Positions 1 to 10,146 are shown, counted from the stretch's first letter. The stretch is DNA of 55,460 nucleotides from Flavicella sp. (GCF_037132785.1 NZ_JBAHZZ010000115.1:1-55460); one strand, 5' to 3'. Notes: a model not told the origin generated them from the letters alone. Made by a program: numbers and translations.

Positions 1-1
1 A

Positions 2-704
2 CAGATTGTTGGAGTCTTCAAAAAAGAAGGAAATCAAACTGTTTCTGTTGAACGAATTTATCAACACATTTGGGCTGATAAGAAGAATAGAGGGACTCTT
101 CATATGCATCTTAGAAGGCAAGGTAGAAAATATAGAAAAAGAGGTGCTAGTAAGGATACTAGAGGTATAATAAAAAATAGAGTAAGTATAGAAAAACGAC
201 CTGATATTGTTGATAAGCGAGAGCGTTTTGGAGATTTAGAGGTTGACTTAATCATTGGAAAAAATCATAATCAAGCAATTTTAACTATAAATGTATAGAG
301 CTTCAGGAGTATTTAAAATGAAAAAAGTAGTATCAAAAGAAGCAGCATTTATTACTACTGCAATAAATGACCTATTAGAAGACTGGATCCCTTATTTACA
401 CACCATTACAGCAGATAATGGAAAAGAATTTGCTGGACATCAAAAAGTAGCAGAAAACTTAAATGTTGATTACTTCTTTGCTCACCCATATCATTCTTGG
501 GAGAGAGGATCTAATGAAAACCTAAACGGCCTGATTCGTCAATATTTCCCAAAAGGTTCTGATTTTAGAAGCATTACTGAACAAAGAATATATGAAATAG
601 AAACAAAGATAAACAATAGACCAAGGAAGAGGTTTGGATACGAAACCCCTATATTTGTAATGAATAAATTATTGTTTAACGAAGAAGTTGCATTTATGAG
701 TTGA
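2..704 (+). pseudogene. IS30 transposase split by a +1 frameshift at about 294
   Basis: Frame 2 is open from position 2 (QIVGVFKKEG...ERIYQHIW...) to TAG at 296-298. Removing T294 restores LTINDRASG and joins ORFs 104..298 and 291..704. Confidence 0.85.
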
Positions 705-711
705 ATTCAGC
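687..711 (+). repeat. Right terminal inverted repeat of the IS30 element
   Basis: Overlaps the transposase stop codon. A near-identical copy at 32936-32964 ends at the same base, which marks the boundary. Confidence 0.8.
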
Positions 712-777
712 TCTTTTTATATTGGAAAAAGCTGAGATCCTCCTTGTTTTGAGTATTTTTACCTAAAATACAAAATT

Positions 778-966
778 ATGTTTAGTAGTGGTCAATTGGT
801 ATTTGCAGGTTTCTTTGTTGTAGCCTTTATCTCCATGATGATTTGGAGTTATAGAAAAGATGTTCAACATCATAAAATACATTATAAAAATGTTGGTTAT
901 AAAGTTGGAATTGCTTGTGTTTTGATTGTTTTTGTGTTTATTATTCTACGAATTTTAATTCATTAG
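778..966 (+). CDS. Small two-TM hypothetical membrane protein
   Basis: 62 aa with two hydrophobic segments around SYRKD...H..HYK; A-rich Bacteroidota-type start context. Confidence 0.75.
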   Translation: MFSSGQLVFAGFFVVAFISMMIWSYRKDVQHHKIHYKNVGYKVGIACVLIVFVFIILRILIH

Positions 967-1306
967 TCAAAGGATTCTGTTTGGTCTAATAATATATTGA
1001 TTTAGATTAATTGAACCCTGCCTACTAAAAAAATATAGAAGATTTAAAGTTTGTATTTGTTTTTAAATATTCAAACTGATAAAGGCATAATTTGTACAAT
1101 TTTTGAAAATAAGATTCTTCGTGGTACTAAAGTAAAATATAGCAAAAGCATCGCTAAACTCTTTTTAGTAGTTTGTTAATTAGAAATAGAATCATACTTA
1201 TACGATTGTTTTTTAGTTATGTAGTGCTTTTGTTTATATTTACAATCGTTCTTAGTCTGTTTTTTTATATCTATTTAGAACGTTATTCAATTATTAAATT
1301 TTCAGA

Positions 1307-2272
1307 ATGAGTGCACTCGAACAAATCAATGGATTAAAGTTAGAAATGTCTAAATCTGTTATTGGTCAGAAAAAACTAATAGACAGGTTGGTTTTGGTTT
1401 TATTATCAAACGGAAATATACTTCTTGAAAGTTTGCCAGGTTTGGCTAAGACAAGAACGATTAAATCATTAGCAAAAGAGTTGAATTGTGGTTTGAGTAG
1501 AATTCAATTTACGCCCGATTTATTGCCTTCAGATATAACAGGAACGGAAATTTATCAACCTGACTCAGAGGAAAAATTTATTTTTCAAAAAGGACCGATA
1601 TTTAGCAATCTTATATTGGCTGATGAAATTAATAGAGCACCTGCAAAAGTGCAGTCTGCTTTGTTGGAAGCGATGGAAGAAGGACAAGTTTCTGTAGCGG
1701 GATCTACCTATAAAATGGAACCTTTGTTTATGGTAATGGCTACTCAGAATCCTGTGGAACAAGAAGGAACTTATCCTTTACCGGAAGCTCAGATGGATCG
1801 ATTTTTAATGCATGTAACAATAGATTATCCCGATGACAATTCAGAATTGTTGATTATGAGATTGAATCGTAAGGAGCAGAGTGGTATAAAAGAGGAAGAA
1901 AAAAAAAAATTAGATCCAAAAGTTGTTTTTAAAGCTAGAGAAGAGATTGCCAATGTTTCTATATCCGAAAATATGGAACGTTATATTGTAGATCTAATTT
2001 CAGCAACTAGAACTCCCGAAAAATATACTAAAGATTTGGCAAAATGGATAGAATATGGAGCAAGTCCGAGAGGTACAATTGCAATAGATAGATCTGCAAG
2101 AACACATGCTTGGATGTCTGGTCAGAATTATGTGTCTGTAGATAATATTAGATCCGTAATGCACGATTGTTTACGACATAGAGTTAGTTTGAGTTATGAA
2201 GCAAATGCTGAGGGGGTTTCTGTTGAAACTGTTTTGAATGAAATTCTAAATCAAGTTGCGGTAATTGGATAA
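1307..2272 (+). CDS. moxR: MoxR-family AAA+ ATPase
   Basis: ESLPGLAKT (Walker A variant), RIQFTPDLLPSD, DEINRA, ATQNP, EAQMDRF, GASPRG. Confidence 0.95.
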   Translation: MSALEQINGLKLEMSKSVIGQKKLIDRLVLVLLSNGNILLESLPGLAKTRTIKSLAKELNCGLSRIQFTPDLLPSDITGTEIYQPDSEEKFIFQKGPIFSNLILADEINRAPAKVQSALLEAMEEGQVSVAGSTYKMEPLFMVMATQNPVEQEGTYPLPEAQMDRFLMHVTIDYPDDNSELLIMRLNRKEQSGIKEEEKKKLDPKVVFKAREEIANVSISENMERYIVDLISATRTPEKYTKDLAKWIEYGASPRGTIAIDRSARTHAWMSGQNYVSVDNIRSVMHDCLRHRVSLSYEANAEGVSVETVLNEILNQVAVIG

Positions 2273-2281
2273 TAGCTTATC

Positions 2282-3208
2282 ATGAATAATGAACCATTTC
2301 CTAAGAATGTTTTTGTCTCTCTGAATGATTTGATCAAAATGGAGCGTGTATCCCAGAGCTTTAGCCTTTTGGCGAATAAGCAAAGAGTTAAAAGTATTTT
2401 GGGAGGAAAGCATGCTTCTAAATTAAGAGGAAGAGGGTTGGATTTTGAAGAAGTGAGAAATTATGTTCCTGGAGATGATGTACGGAATATTGACTGGAAG
2501 GTTACGGCTAGAACACAAAAAACACATTTAAGAATTTTCACTGAGGAAAAGGAAAAACCAGTCTTGATAATTGTCGATCAAACCAAATCAATGTTTTTTG
2601 GGAGTCAGCATAAAACCAAATCGGTTGTTGCAGCTGAACTCGCTGCAATTGTGGCTTTTAAAGTTGCTAAAGAAGGAGATAGAGTTGGTGGAATCGTTTT
2701 TGGAGATAACGGTGTAGATGCTGTGTTACCCAAAAGAAACAGGAAAAATATCCTGCTCTTTTTTGAGAAGTTAGTCAAAAGAAATAGAGAGCTGAAAGAT
2801 TCGAATCCTGAAGGATTTGAATTGGGTATCAAACGAGTTTTCGAGAGGATAAGGAATATTATTACTCATGATTATTTGATCTTTATTATTGGAGATTTTC
2901 ATCGGTATTCTGAAGAAGTAATCAAACATATCTCTTATATGTCAGTTCATAATGATGTGGTTTTGGCTAAGGTCTATGACTCATTAGAGCGTGAATTAAT
3001 TCCTGTGAAGTATGTAGGTGGAGATGGAAAAAATCAATTGTTAATAAATGGTTTGGAGAAAAAAATAAAAAATAAATTTCAAAAAGGTTTTGATAATGAT
3101 TATCTGAAGTTTGAAGCTGAAATGAAAAAACATCGAATCCCAATATTCAAAATAAATACAGTGGAAGATGTGAGTCATCAAATTAAAAATATCTTTAAAG
3201 GAAGTTAA
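2282..3208 (+). CDS. DUF58 vWA-like protein (MoxR partner)
   Basis: GRGLDFEEVRNYVPGDDVRNIDWKVTAR signature; DQTKSMFFGS; directly after moxR. Confidence 0.92.
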   Translation: MNNEPFPKNVFVSLNDLIKMERVSQSFSLLANKQRVKSILGGKHASKLRGRGLDFEEVRNYVPGDDVRNIDWKVTARTQKTHLRIFTEEKEKPVLIIVDQTKSMFFGSQHKTKSVVAAELAAIVAFKVAKEGDRVGGIVFGDNGVDAVLPKRNRKNILLFFEKLVKRNRELKDSNPEGFELGIKRVFERIRNIITHDYLIFIIGDFHRYSEEVIKHISYMSVHNDVVLAKVYDSLERELIPVKYVGGDGKNQLLINGLEKKIKNKFQKGFDNDYLKFEAEMKKHRIPIFKINTVEDVSHQIKNIFKGS

Positions 3209-3209
3209 T

Positions 3210-3731
3210 ATGTTTTTATGCTTATTTTATCAGATTCAATTTTTGTTCATGGTAGCTTTACAAAAAGAACAATTAACTGAGGATTTGGGACCTTTGATAG
3301 AGCCTGATGCAGTTCCTTTTTCTTTTGATGCGATAGGCTGGAAGTTTTGTGTGTCAATCATTTTAATTAGCATTTTAGTGTTATTAGTACTTCAGGTAGT
3401 AAAATATCGAAAGAACTCTTATCGAAGAGAGGTAATAAAAAAGTTAAATAATTTTGATAGGTTAGAGTCTTTTTTGAAAAATAACGAAGTTGTTAATTTT
3501 TCAAATTACCTATTAAAGCGTACTGCGATTCAGGTTTATGGAAGAGAGAAAGTGGCAAGTTTATATGGGTTAGAATGGTTGAATTTTTTAGATTCTAAGA
3601 GCAAATACACAACATTCTATACTTGTGTTTTAGTGTTTGATAAATCGTCTTATGGAACTGGAGAAATTGATAAGAAAGAACGTGCTAAAATTGTAGATTT
3701 AACTGTAAAATGGATAAATACTCATGCCTGA
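3210..3731 (+). CDS. DUF4381-like membrane protein
   Basis: P..P.....GW + TM + YRRE...LLKRTAI...VASLYG.EWL.FLD pattern; typical position in moxR-vWA operons. Confidence 0.8.
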   Translation: MFLCLFYQIQFLFMVALQKEQLTEDLGPLIEPDAVPFSFDAIGWKFCVSIILISILVLLVLQVVKYRKNSYRREVIKKLNNFDRLESFLKNNEVVNFSNYLLKRTAIQVYGREKVASLYGLEWLNFLDSKSKYTTFYTCVLVFDKSSYGTGEIDKKERAKIVDLTVKWINTHA

Positions 3732-4725
3732 AAATTTTGAACTCATAAATAGTTGGGTGTTTTGGTTGGTTCCTTTACCTCTTTTGATTTTTTTAATGAC
3801 TCCATCGCTAAAGATAAAAAGTGCATCATTATTAATACCAAATATTAAAAAGGCTTCAGAATACACAAATCAAAGACCTAGGCCTTCTTCTTTGGTGAAA
3901 AAGAAGTCAGTTTTAGAGGTGTTTGTTCTTATCCTAATTTGGTTGTTATTATTGACAAGTTTATCTTCACCACAATTGGAGGGAGAAGCTGAGTTAAAAG
4001 TGAAAAACTCCAGAAATTTTCTGATAGTCGCCGATTTGTCTTTTAGTATGGCACAAAAAGATTGGAAAATTGACGAAAAATCAGTTAGCCGTTGGCAAGC
4101 AGTAACTTCTGTGATGCACGAATTTATTGAAAAAAGAGAAGGAGATAGAATCGGATTAATCCTATTTGGATCAAGTGCTTATGTTCAAGTGCCTTTTACA
4201 CCAGATTTATCAACGGTTGAGATTTTGTTAGACGAAGCGGCCGTTGGATTAGCGGGACAGACAACCTCTATTGGAAAGGCTATACTGAAGGGGGTTGATT
4301 TATTTGCAGAAGATACCATAAAAACAAAAGTTATGCTGTTGTTAACGGATGGAGTTGATGCCGGAATAGGGATATTACCATTGGATGCAGCGGAAATAGC
4401 CAAGAGAGATTCTATTCTAATATACACAATTGGTATTGGAGATCCGCATAGCGGAAACTCTGATTTGGATGAAAAGACATTGGAAGATATTTCTGAAATT
4501 ACTGGATCCCAGTACTTTAGAGCTATTGATTCGGAAGAGCTGAATCAGGTATATAAAGAGTTGGACAAATTAGAACCTATAGAGTATGAAGAGATGAGTT
4601 ATAGACCAAGAACACTTCTTTATAAATATCCATTGGTATTAGCGATGTTTATTTTTTTAAGCTATTCGCTATTGACAAGTATTGTCTTATTTTATCGAAA
4701 ACAAATTAAAGATCGTCATGTTTGA
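3724..4725 (+). CDS. BatA-like membrane-anchored vWA protein
   Basis: MIDAS DLSFSM, GDRIGLILFG, T.IG.A, LLTDG, IYTIGIG; N- and C-terminal TMs. Confidence 0.9.
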   Translation: MPENFELINSWVFWLVPLPLLIFLMTPSLKIKSASLLIPNIKKASEYTNQRPRPSSLVKKKSVLEVFVLILIWLLLLTSLSSPQLEGEAELKVKNSRNFLIVADLSFSMAQKDWKIDEKSVSRWQAVTSVMHEFIEKREGDRIGLILFGSSAYVQVPFTPDLSTVEILLDEAAVGLAGQTTSIGKAILKGVDLFAEDTIKTKVMLLLTDGVDAGIGILPLDAAEIAKRDSILIYTIGIGDPHSGNSDLDEKTLEDISEITGSQYFRAIDSEELNQVYKELDKLEPIEYEEMSYRPRTLLYKYPLVLAMFIFLSYSLLTSIVLFYRKQIKDRHV

Positions 4726-6439
4726 AATAATACGTACAGAGTTGTTAGGTAATTTTCATTTTTTAAGACCAGAGTATTTATGGTTGTTAATTCCATTATT
4801 AGTAATTGTAGTTCTTTTTGTTTTTTCAAGACAAGAAGAAATATTATGGAAAAAAAATATTTCTGAACATTTACGACCTTTTATGATTCATAAAGGAAAT
4901 CAATTGAAGGAAATTATATGGAAAGTAGTTTTATATAGTACAGTTATTGTTTCTGTTTTTGGATTAGCTGGTCCTGCATGGGAGAAGATCGAAATACCAG
5001 GGAAAACATTAGAAACACCAGTTGTTCTTATACTGGATTTATCTCAAAGTATGATGGCAACAGATATTCAGCCGACTCGATTAGAACGAGCAAAATTTAA
5101 AATACTTGATTTATTGAAAGTAAATCCAGGTGCTCGTGTAGCATTGGTTGGGTTTGCTGGAACCTCACATATAATATTGCCTTTAACAAACGATTATTCA
5201 TTGATTGATGCTCATATAAATCAATTAAACCCCAGTGTGATGCCGTTTTATGGTAGTGATTTAGAAGCAGGACTAGAAAAAGCGATTGCCATAAGTTCTA
5301 TTACAAATGCCCCAGCTACTTTTATTATATTTACAGATGATTTTGATGAGAATTCGTTTGAAATCATTAATAGAGTAAGTCAAGAATCAACAGCTAAATT
5401 TGAAATATTTCCTGTAAATACACGTACAGGATCAACTATTCCTTATGGTCGTTACAAAACAAAGATGAAGAATAAACAAGGGAAAGAGGTTTATTCGAAA
5501 CTTAATTTTGGAGTTTTAGAAAAGTTGCACTCCTTAGAAAGAGTGAGGGTTAATTATTTAACTCTTGATAATAGTGATGTGGTAAGTGTTGCAAAATCGA
5601 TTAAAAAGAATTTAAAATTTACTGATGAAGTAGAGAAAAAGGAAGATGATTGGCAAGATCAAGGGTTGTTTTTTGTAATACCGTTCGCATTATCTATTTT
5701 GTTTTATTTTAGAAAAGGAATGACTGTATATATTATTCTTTTTGGGATTCTGTTTGGTTCATGTTCTCAAAAGGACAGGTTTAAAGATTTATGGTTTACT
5801 AAAGATTTCCAAGGACAAAAAGAGTTTGATAAAAAGAAGTATGAAACGGCTGCGGTTTTATTTAAAGATCCTTTAAGAAAAGGAGTTAGTTTTTATAAAG
5901 CTGGTGTATATACTGAGGCGATTCGTTTTTTTTCAAAAGATACAACTGCTGAGGGAATGTATAATTTGGGATTGTCATATTATAAAAATGGTGATTACGT
6001 TGCTGCTGCCTTAGCTTTTGGAAAGACAATTGAGTTGGACCCTACAATGAAAATTGCGCAAGAAAATAAAATGATTGCTCAGCACATGTTAGAAGGAACA
6101 AGTGAAATGCCAGAGGATGCTACATTGGATAAAAACAATAAAGAAAAAGCACAAAATGAACAAAATAAGAGTCCAGAAGATTTAAGTGGCGGAGGCCAAG
6201 AGGCTACCGAAAAGGATATGCAGAAAAAAAGATTGGAAGAAATTACGAATACTGATATTCGAAAAGGAAAGGAGTTGGATGAATTGCCAGATGACTTTGA
6301 ACTGGGGAAAGTTGGACAAGGTCCGAAAATATTGATGCAAAAAGAAGATGATGATCCGTCATTGTTTTTGAAAAGAAAATTTAGACATCAAGTGAAAGAG
6401 TATGGGGTCAAACCAAAACATAAAATGAACAAATGGTAA
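4718..6439 (+). CDS. BatB-like vWA domain fused to a BatC-like TPR domain
   Basis: HFLRPEYLWL, DLSQSM...DIQPTRLERAK, TPR (YNLGLSYYKNGDY), acidic tail ending FLKRKF. ATG at 4718 overlaps the upstream stop and is preferred to the TTG at 4682. Confidence 0.88.
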   Translation: MFEIIRTELLGNFHFLRPEYLWLLIPLLVIVVLFVFSRQEEILWKKNISEHLRPFMIHKGNQLKEIIWKVVLYSTVIVSVFGLAGPAWEKIEIPGKTLETPVVLILDLSQSMMATDIQPTRLERAKFKILDLLKVNPGARVALVGFAGTSHIILPLTNDYSLIDAHINQLNPSVMPFYGSDLEAGLEKAIAISSITNAPATFIIFTDDFDENSFEIINRVSQESTAKFEIFPVNTRTGSTIPYGRYKTKMKNKQGKEVYSKLNFGVLEKLHSLERVRVNYLTLDNSDVVSVAKSIKKNLKFTDEVEKKEDDWQDQGLFFVIPFALSILFYFRKGMTVYIILFGILFGSCSQKDRFKDLWFTKDFQGQKEFDKKKYETAAVLFKDPLRKGVSFYKAGVYTEAIRFFSKDTTAEGMYNLGLSYYKNGDYVAAALAFGKTIELDPTMKIAQENKMIAQHMLEGTSEMPEDATLDKNNKEKAQNEQNKSPEDLSGGGQEATEKDMQKKRLEEITNTDIRKGKELDELPDDFELGKVGQGPKILMQKEDDDPSLFLKRKFRHQVKEYGVKPKHKMNKW

Positions 6440-7746
6440 CCCTTAGGAAAATATTTTTACTTTACCTTTTTTTGACTTATTCATTCTCGCTAATAGCTCA
6501 GAGACATATTCGGTCAGAAGTCCATTTTAATAAAGCTTCTGTTTATGTAGGGGAACCGATAGAAGTTAGTCTCTCTATATATTCATCTACTTGGTTTACA
6601 GAAGGAGTGAATCCGGGTAATATAAAAATTAATGGAGCTTATACTGTTTATTTTCGTTCTTTAAGTACTTCCAAAAAGTTTGATAATAGGTTGTATTCTG
6701 GTGTAACATTTTTTTTTAATGTATTTCCATATAATGAGGAGGATGTGGAGTTTCCTTCTTTAGAATTTATTGTTGAAACACCTAATGAAGGAGGATATGT
6801 AGGGATAAAGAGGAAAGTGAAAACTAGAGCTAAAACTATAGTTGTAAAGCCAATCCCTCCAGGTATAAATAAAGATTCCTGGATGGTTTCTTCTTCTGTA
6901 CGTGTTTATGACTCTTGGAAAGGAGATCTATCGAAGGTAAAAGTTGGTGATGTTTTGGAACGAAATATAACTATAAAAGTTGGCGGGACTATTTCAGAGT
7001 TAATTACTGATATAGAATGGGATACGATTAATAATGTTAGTTTATACCCGAAACGGTCGTCTTTAAAAAACAATAAATCGAAAATGGCAATAAGTGCCGA
7101 AAGAGTTGACGGAACACGTTATTTGTTTGAAAAAGAAGGTGAAATTACAATTCCTGAAATCGTGATTACTTGGTGGAATCCTAGGTATAGTAAAATGTAC
7201 AAAAGAGTTTTAAAGAAGAGAGTTATTAACGTAGAGACCAATCCAGATTTAGGGATGTTGGAAACCGTACGTAAAAATTTGGAAAATACAGTAGTTACTG
7301 AATTGGATAAAAAATTCAAGTTTGAGATTTTCGGAAGGTCGTTAAAGACGTTTTTATCATTTTTTATTGTGTGTCTGATAGGAGTTTTTTTAGTATTTAA
7401 GATAGGGAAATGGAGTTTTATAAAAGCTAGAATAAATAGAGAGCTGTATAGGAAGTCTGAAGCATATTTCTTTCAGCTGTTTGTGAAAGAAAGAGACATA
7501 AAATTAAAACAACAAAGATTATATAAGTGGATTGATCAATTAAACTTAGAAGAGCCAAGTCTTGCCTGTTTTATTGGTGAGTTTGGAACTGACCTGTTGG
7601 TGTTAAATTATAAAAAAAATCTTGTAAATTCTCGAAACACCAATTTTATTCATCAATTTAATAAAGAATGGAAATTATCAAGGGAAAATTTTTTAAAGAC
7701 TGAAAAAAATTACAAGGATGAAAATAGTGACTGGGTAAATCCTTAG
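6433..7746 (+). CDS. BatD-like protein
   Basis: Signal peptide, VYVGEP, KVGDVLERNITI, IPEIVITWWNP, C-terminal TM; operon position. Confidence 0.75.
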   Translation: MVTLRKIFLLYLFLTYSFSLIAQRHIRSEVHFNKASVYVGEPIEVSLSIYSSTWFTEGVNPGNIKINGAYTVYFRSLSTSKKFDNRLYSGVTFFFNVFPYNEEDVEFPSLEFIVETPNEGGYVGIKRKVKTRAKTIVVKPIPPGINKDSWMVSSSVRVYDSWKGDLSKVKVGDVLERNITIKVGGTISELITDIEWDTINNVSLYPKRSSLKNNKSKMAISAERVDGTRYLFEKEGEITIPEIVITWWNPRYSKMYKRVLKKRVINVETNPDLGMLETVRKNLENTVVTELDKKFKFEIFGRSLKTFLSFFIVCLIGVFLVFKIGKWSFIKARINRELYRKSEAYFFQLFVKERDIKLKQQRLYKWIDQLNLEEPSLACFIGEFGTDLLVLNYKKNLVNSRNTNFIHQFNKEWKLSRENFLKTEKNYKDENSDWVNP

Positions 7747-7774
7747 TTTTACAAATAAATTAGATGAGTTATTC

Positions 7775-10018
7775 ATGAATTGTATTGGAGGAAAAAAGGG
7801 TGTATTTTTTAAATTCAAGTTTTTAATTGTTGTTTTAATTACTTTTATTAGTTCTTGTAATGAAAAAAAAACAGAATCGTATTCTAGGGTGAATCATGTA
7901 CATGCAAAATCTAAATTTGTAGGATCTAAAACATGTAAGGAATGTCATCAAAAAGAAACTGTTAGTTGGATGGGGTCTCATCACGATATGGCAATGAAAG
8001 TTGCAGATTCAACCACAGTTTTAGGCGATTTTAATATGAGTGAGTTTGTTCATAAAAAGATGAAAACTTCTTTTTATATGAAAGGGAAGGATTATTACGT
8101 GACTACGACAAACAAAAAAGGAATTCCGGAAGAATACAAAATTGTCTATACTTTTGGAGTGGCTCCATTACAGCAATATATTGTTGCATTTCCAAATGGT
8201 GCTTTCCAGTGTTTATTAACAGCATGGGATTCTGTAGAAAATAAATGGTTTCATTTACAAGAAGATGTTAACTTAAAACATGATGAATGGTTGAACTGGA
8301 CAGGAGCGTCGTCCAACTGGAATACGATGTGTGCAGATTGTCATTCTACAAATCTTAAAAAGAATTTTGACAGTAAAACAGGTCATTATAAAACCACGTT
8401 TAGTGAAATTAATGTGAGTTGTGAGGCTTGTCATGGTCCCGCTTCTACGCATGTTTCTTATTATAAAAATCCGTTAATAAATGAACAGGCTCCAGAAATG
8501 TATATGCAAACGAATATGGACACTAAAGAACTGGTTGATAAATGTGCTAGGTGTCATTCTAGACGTACGCAAATCACAGGTTATTTTGATTATAAAGGGA
8601 CTTTTATGGATCATTATATTCCTCGTTTATTAGAGCCGCCAACTTATGAATTGGATGGACAAATTAAAGATGAAGTTTATGTATATGCTTCGTTTGTGCA
8701 AAGTAAAATGTATCATAATGGAGTTTCTTGTAAGGATTGTCATGATGTACACTCTTTAAAGTTGAAAAAACAAGGAAATGACTTGTGTATGAATTGTCAT
8801 ATACCTTCTTATGACACACCAGAACACCATCATCATAAACAAGGTTCTAAACAATCGATGTGTATCAATTGTCATATGGTTGGAAAGGTTTATATGGGGA
8901 ATGATCATAGACGAGATCATAGTTTTAGAATTCCAAGACCTGATCAATCTGAGAAGTTCGGTACACCTAATGCTTGTATCTTTTGTCATAAGGATAAAAC
9001 TAATAATTGGGCAGCAAAGGCCATTGTAAAGAATTATGGCACAAAAAGAGCAGATCATTTTTCTGATTATTTATTAGAAGGAAATGCAGGTAATAAAGGA
9101 GCATTGTTAAAACTAATATCTTCTGAAGGATATCCTGAAATTTCAAGAGCTACAGCGATGTCACATTTGATAACTCAAAGAGCAACGAGAGAAGAAGTTG
9201 CAAAAATTGCGGAAAAATTAAATAGCTCTTCAGCTTTGTTAAGAAGAGAAGCTGTGACTTCTATTGAAAAGATAAGAGATGTTTCTTATTTAAATCAAAT
9301 CAAACCCTTGTTAAAGGATTCGGTTCGTTCTGTAAGAATTGCAGCGGTAAGTTATTTAGTAACTCTAAAAGTGAAAACAGAGAAAACTAAATTTTATAAA
9401 AAGGCAGAAAAGGAATATTTAGATTTTTTAGATATGAATTCTGATTTTGCAAGTGGTCAATTGAAAATTGCAGAGTATTTACAATCTAAAGGCGAGCTAG
9501 ATTTGGCAATAAAAGCCTATGAAAAAGCTATAAAGATTGATTCTTATTATAACATTGCAAGAATGAATTTAGCTTTGTTATTTTACCAAAAAAATAAATG
9601 GGAAAAAAGTATTCAATTGTATAATAAAGTTATAGAATTAGAACCAGAATTTGGTTATTCGTATTATATGTTAGGGCTTTTGTATAGTGAATTAAATCAA
9701 CCTAAGAAGGCAATTGACTATATGAAATTGGCAACAGAAAAAAATCAAACAAACTACAATGCCTTTTATAACTATGCACTTATGTTGCAGAAGTTGAATA
9801 AAATTAATAAATCCTTACAAGTTTTGGAAAAGGCGCTTTATTTATTTCCTAATAATGAAAAATTGTTATATGCTAAGCTTATTACAGAATTGAATAGTAA
9901 TCTAATTGAAAAAGCTTTGAAAAGTTGTAAGCTTCTGATAGAGATTGATTCTGATAATACGAGGTATCATGAGATTTTGTCGGGATTGGAAAAAAATAAT
10001 TTTAAAAAAGAGCATTGA
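7775..10018 (+). CDS. Octaheme c-type cytochrome lipoprotein with C-terminal HEAT/TPR repeats
   Basis: Lipobox ITFISS-C28; eight CxxCH motifs (CKECH, CADCH, CEACH, CARCH, CKDCH, CMNCH, CINCH, CIFCH); LLKDSVRSVRIAA HEAT-like segment; several TPRs. Confidence 0.9.
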   Translation: MNCIGGKKGVFFKFKFLIVVLITFISSCNEKKTESYSRVNHVHAKSKFVGSKTCKECHQKETVSWMGSHHDMAMKVADSTTVLGDFNMSEFVHKKMKTSFYMKGKDYYVTTTNKKGIPEEYKIVYTFGVAPLQQYIVAFPNGAFQCLLTAWDSVENKWFHLQEDVNLKHDEWLNWTGASSNWNTMCADCHSTNLKKNFDSKTGHYKTTFSEINVSCEACHGPASTHVSYYKNPLINEQAPEMYMQTNMDTKELVDKCARCHSRRTQITGYFDYKGTFMDHYIPRLLEPPTYELDGQIKDEVYVYASFVQSKMYHNGVSCKDCHDVHSLKLKKQGNDLCMNCHIPSYDTPEHHHHKQGSKQSMCINCHMVGKVYMGNDHRRDHSFRIPRPDQSEKFGTPNACIFCHKDKTNNWAAKAIVKNYGTKRADHFSDYLLEGNAGNKGALLKLISSEGYPEISRATAMSHLITQRATREEVAKIAEKLNSSSALLRREAVTSIEKIRDVSYLNQIKPLLKDSVRSVRIAAVSYLVTLKVKTEKTKFYKKAEKEYLDFLDMNSDFASGQLKIAEYLQSKGELDLAIKAYEKAIKIDSYYNIARMNLALLFYQKNKWEKSIQLYNKVIELEPEFGYSYYMLGLLYSELNQPKKAIDYMKLATEKNQTNYNAFYNYALMLQKLNKINKSLQVLEKALYLFPNNEKLLYAKLITELNSNLIEKALKSCKLLIEIDSDNTRYHEILSGLEKNNFKKEH

Positions 10019-10146
10019 TTTTTTAAGAGGTAGTTTCTTTTCCTTTCTAAAATTTATTTTAGGAGTTAAAGGGATGCTTTTTTACCGTTTGGATTAGATG
10101 AAGGAAAATATTTCATCAAAATAAAATAAATTTAATTTGTGTATTT

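Larger units (their letters stand above)
1..711 (+). mobile_element. IS30-family (IS4351-like) insertion sequence, 3' portion; left end lies outside the window
   Basis: Transposase motifs GDLEVDLIIG, ITADNGKEF, PYHSWERGSNENLNGLIRQYFPKG and NNRPRK. The coding region ends inside a terminal repeat GTTGCATTTATGAGTTGAATTCAGC (687-711). Confidence 0.92.

Noticed and set aside
997-1010. FNR-like box TTGAT-TTAG-ATTAA upstream of the moxR operon
   Set aside because: One mismatch, about 300 nt from the start codon, and likely by chance in very AT-rich DNA.
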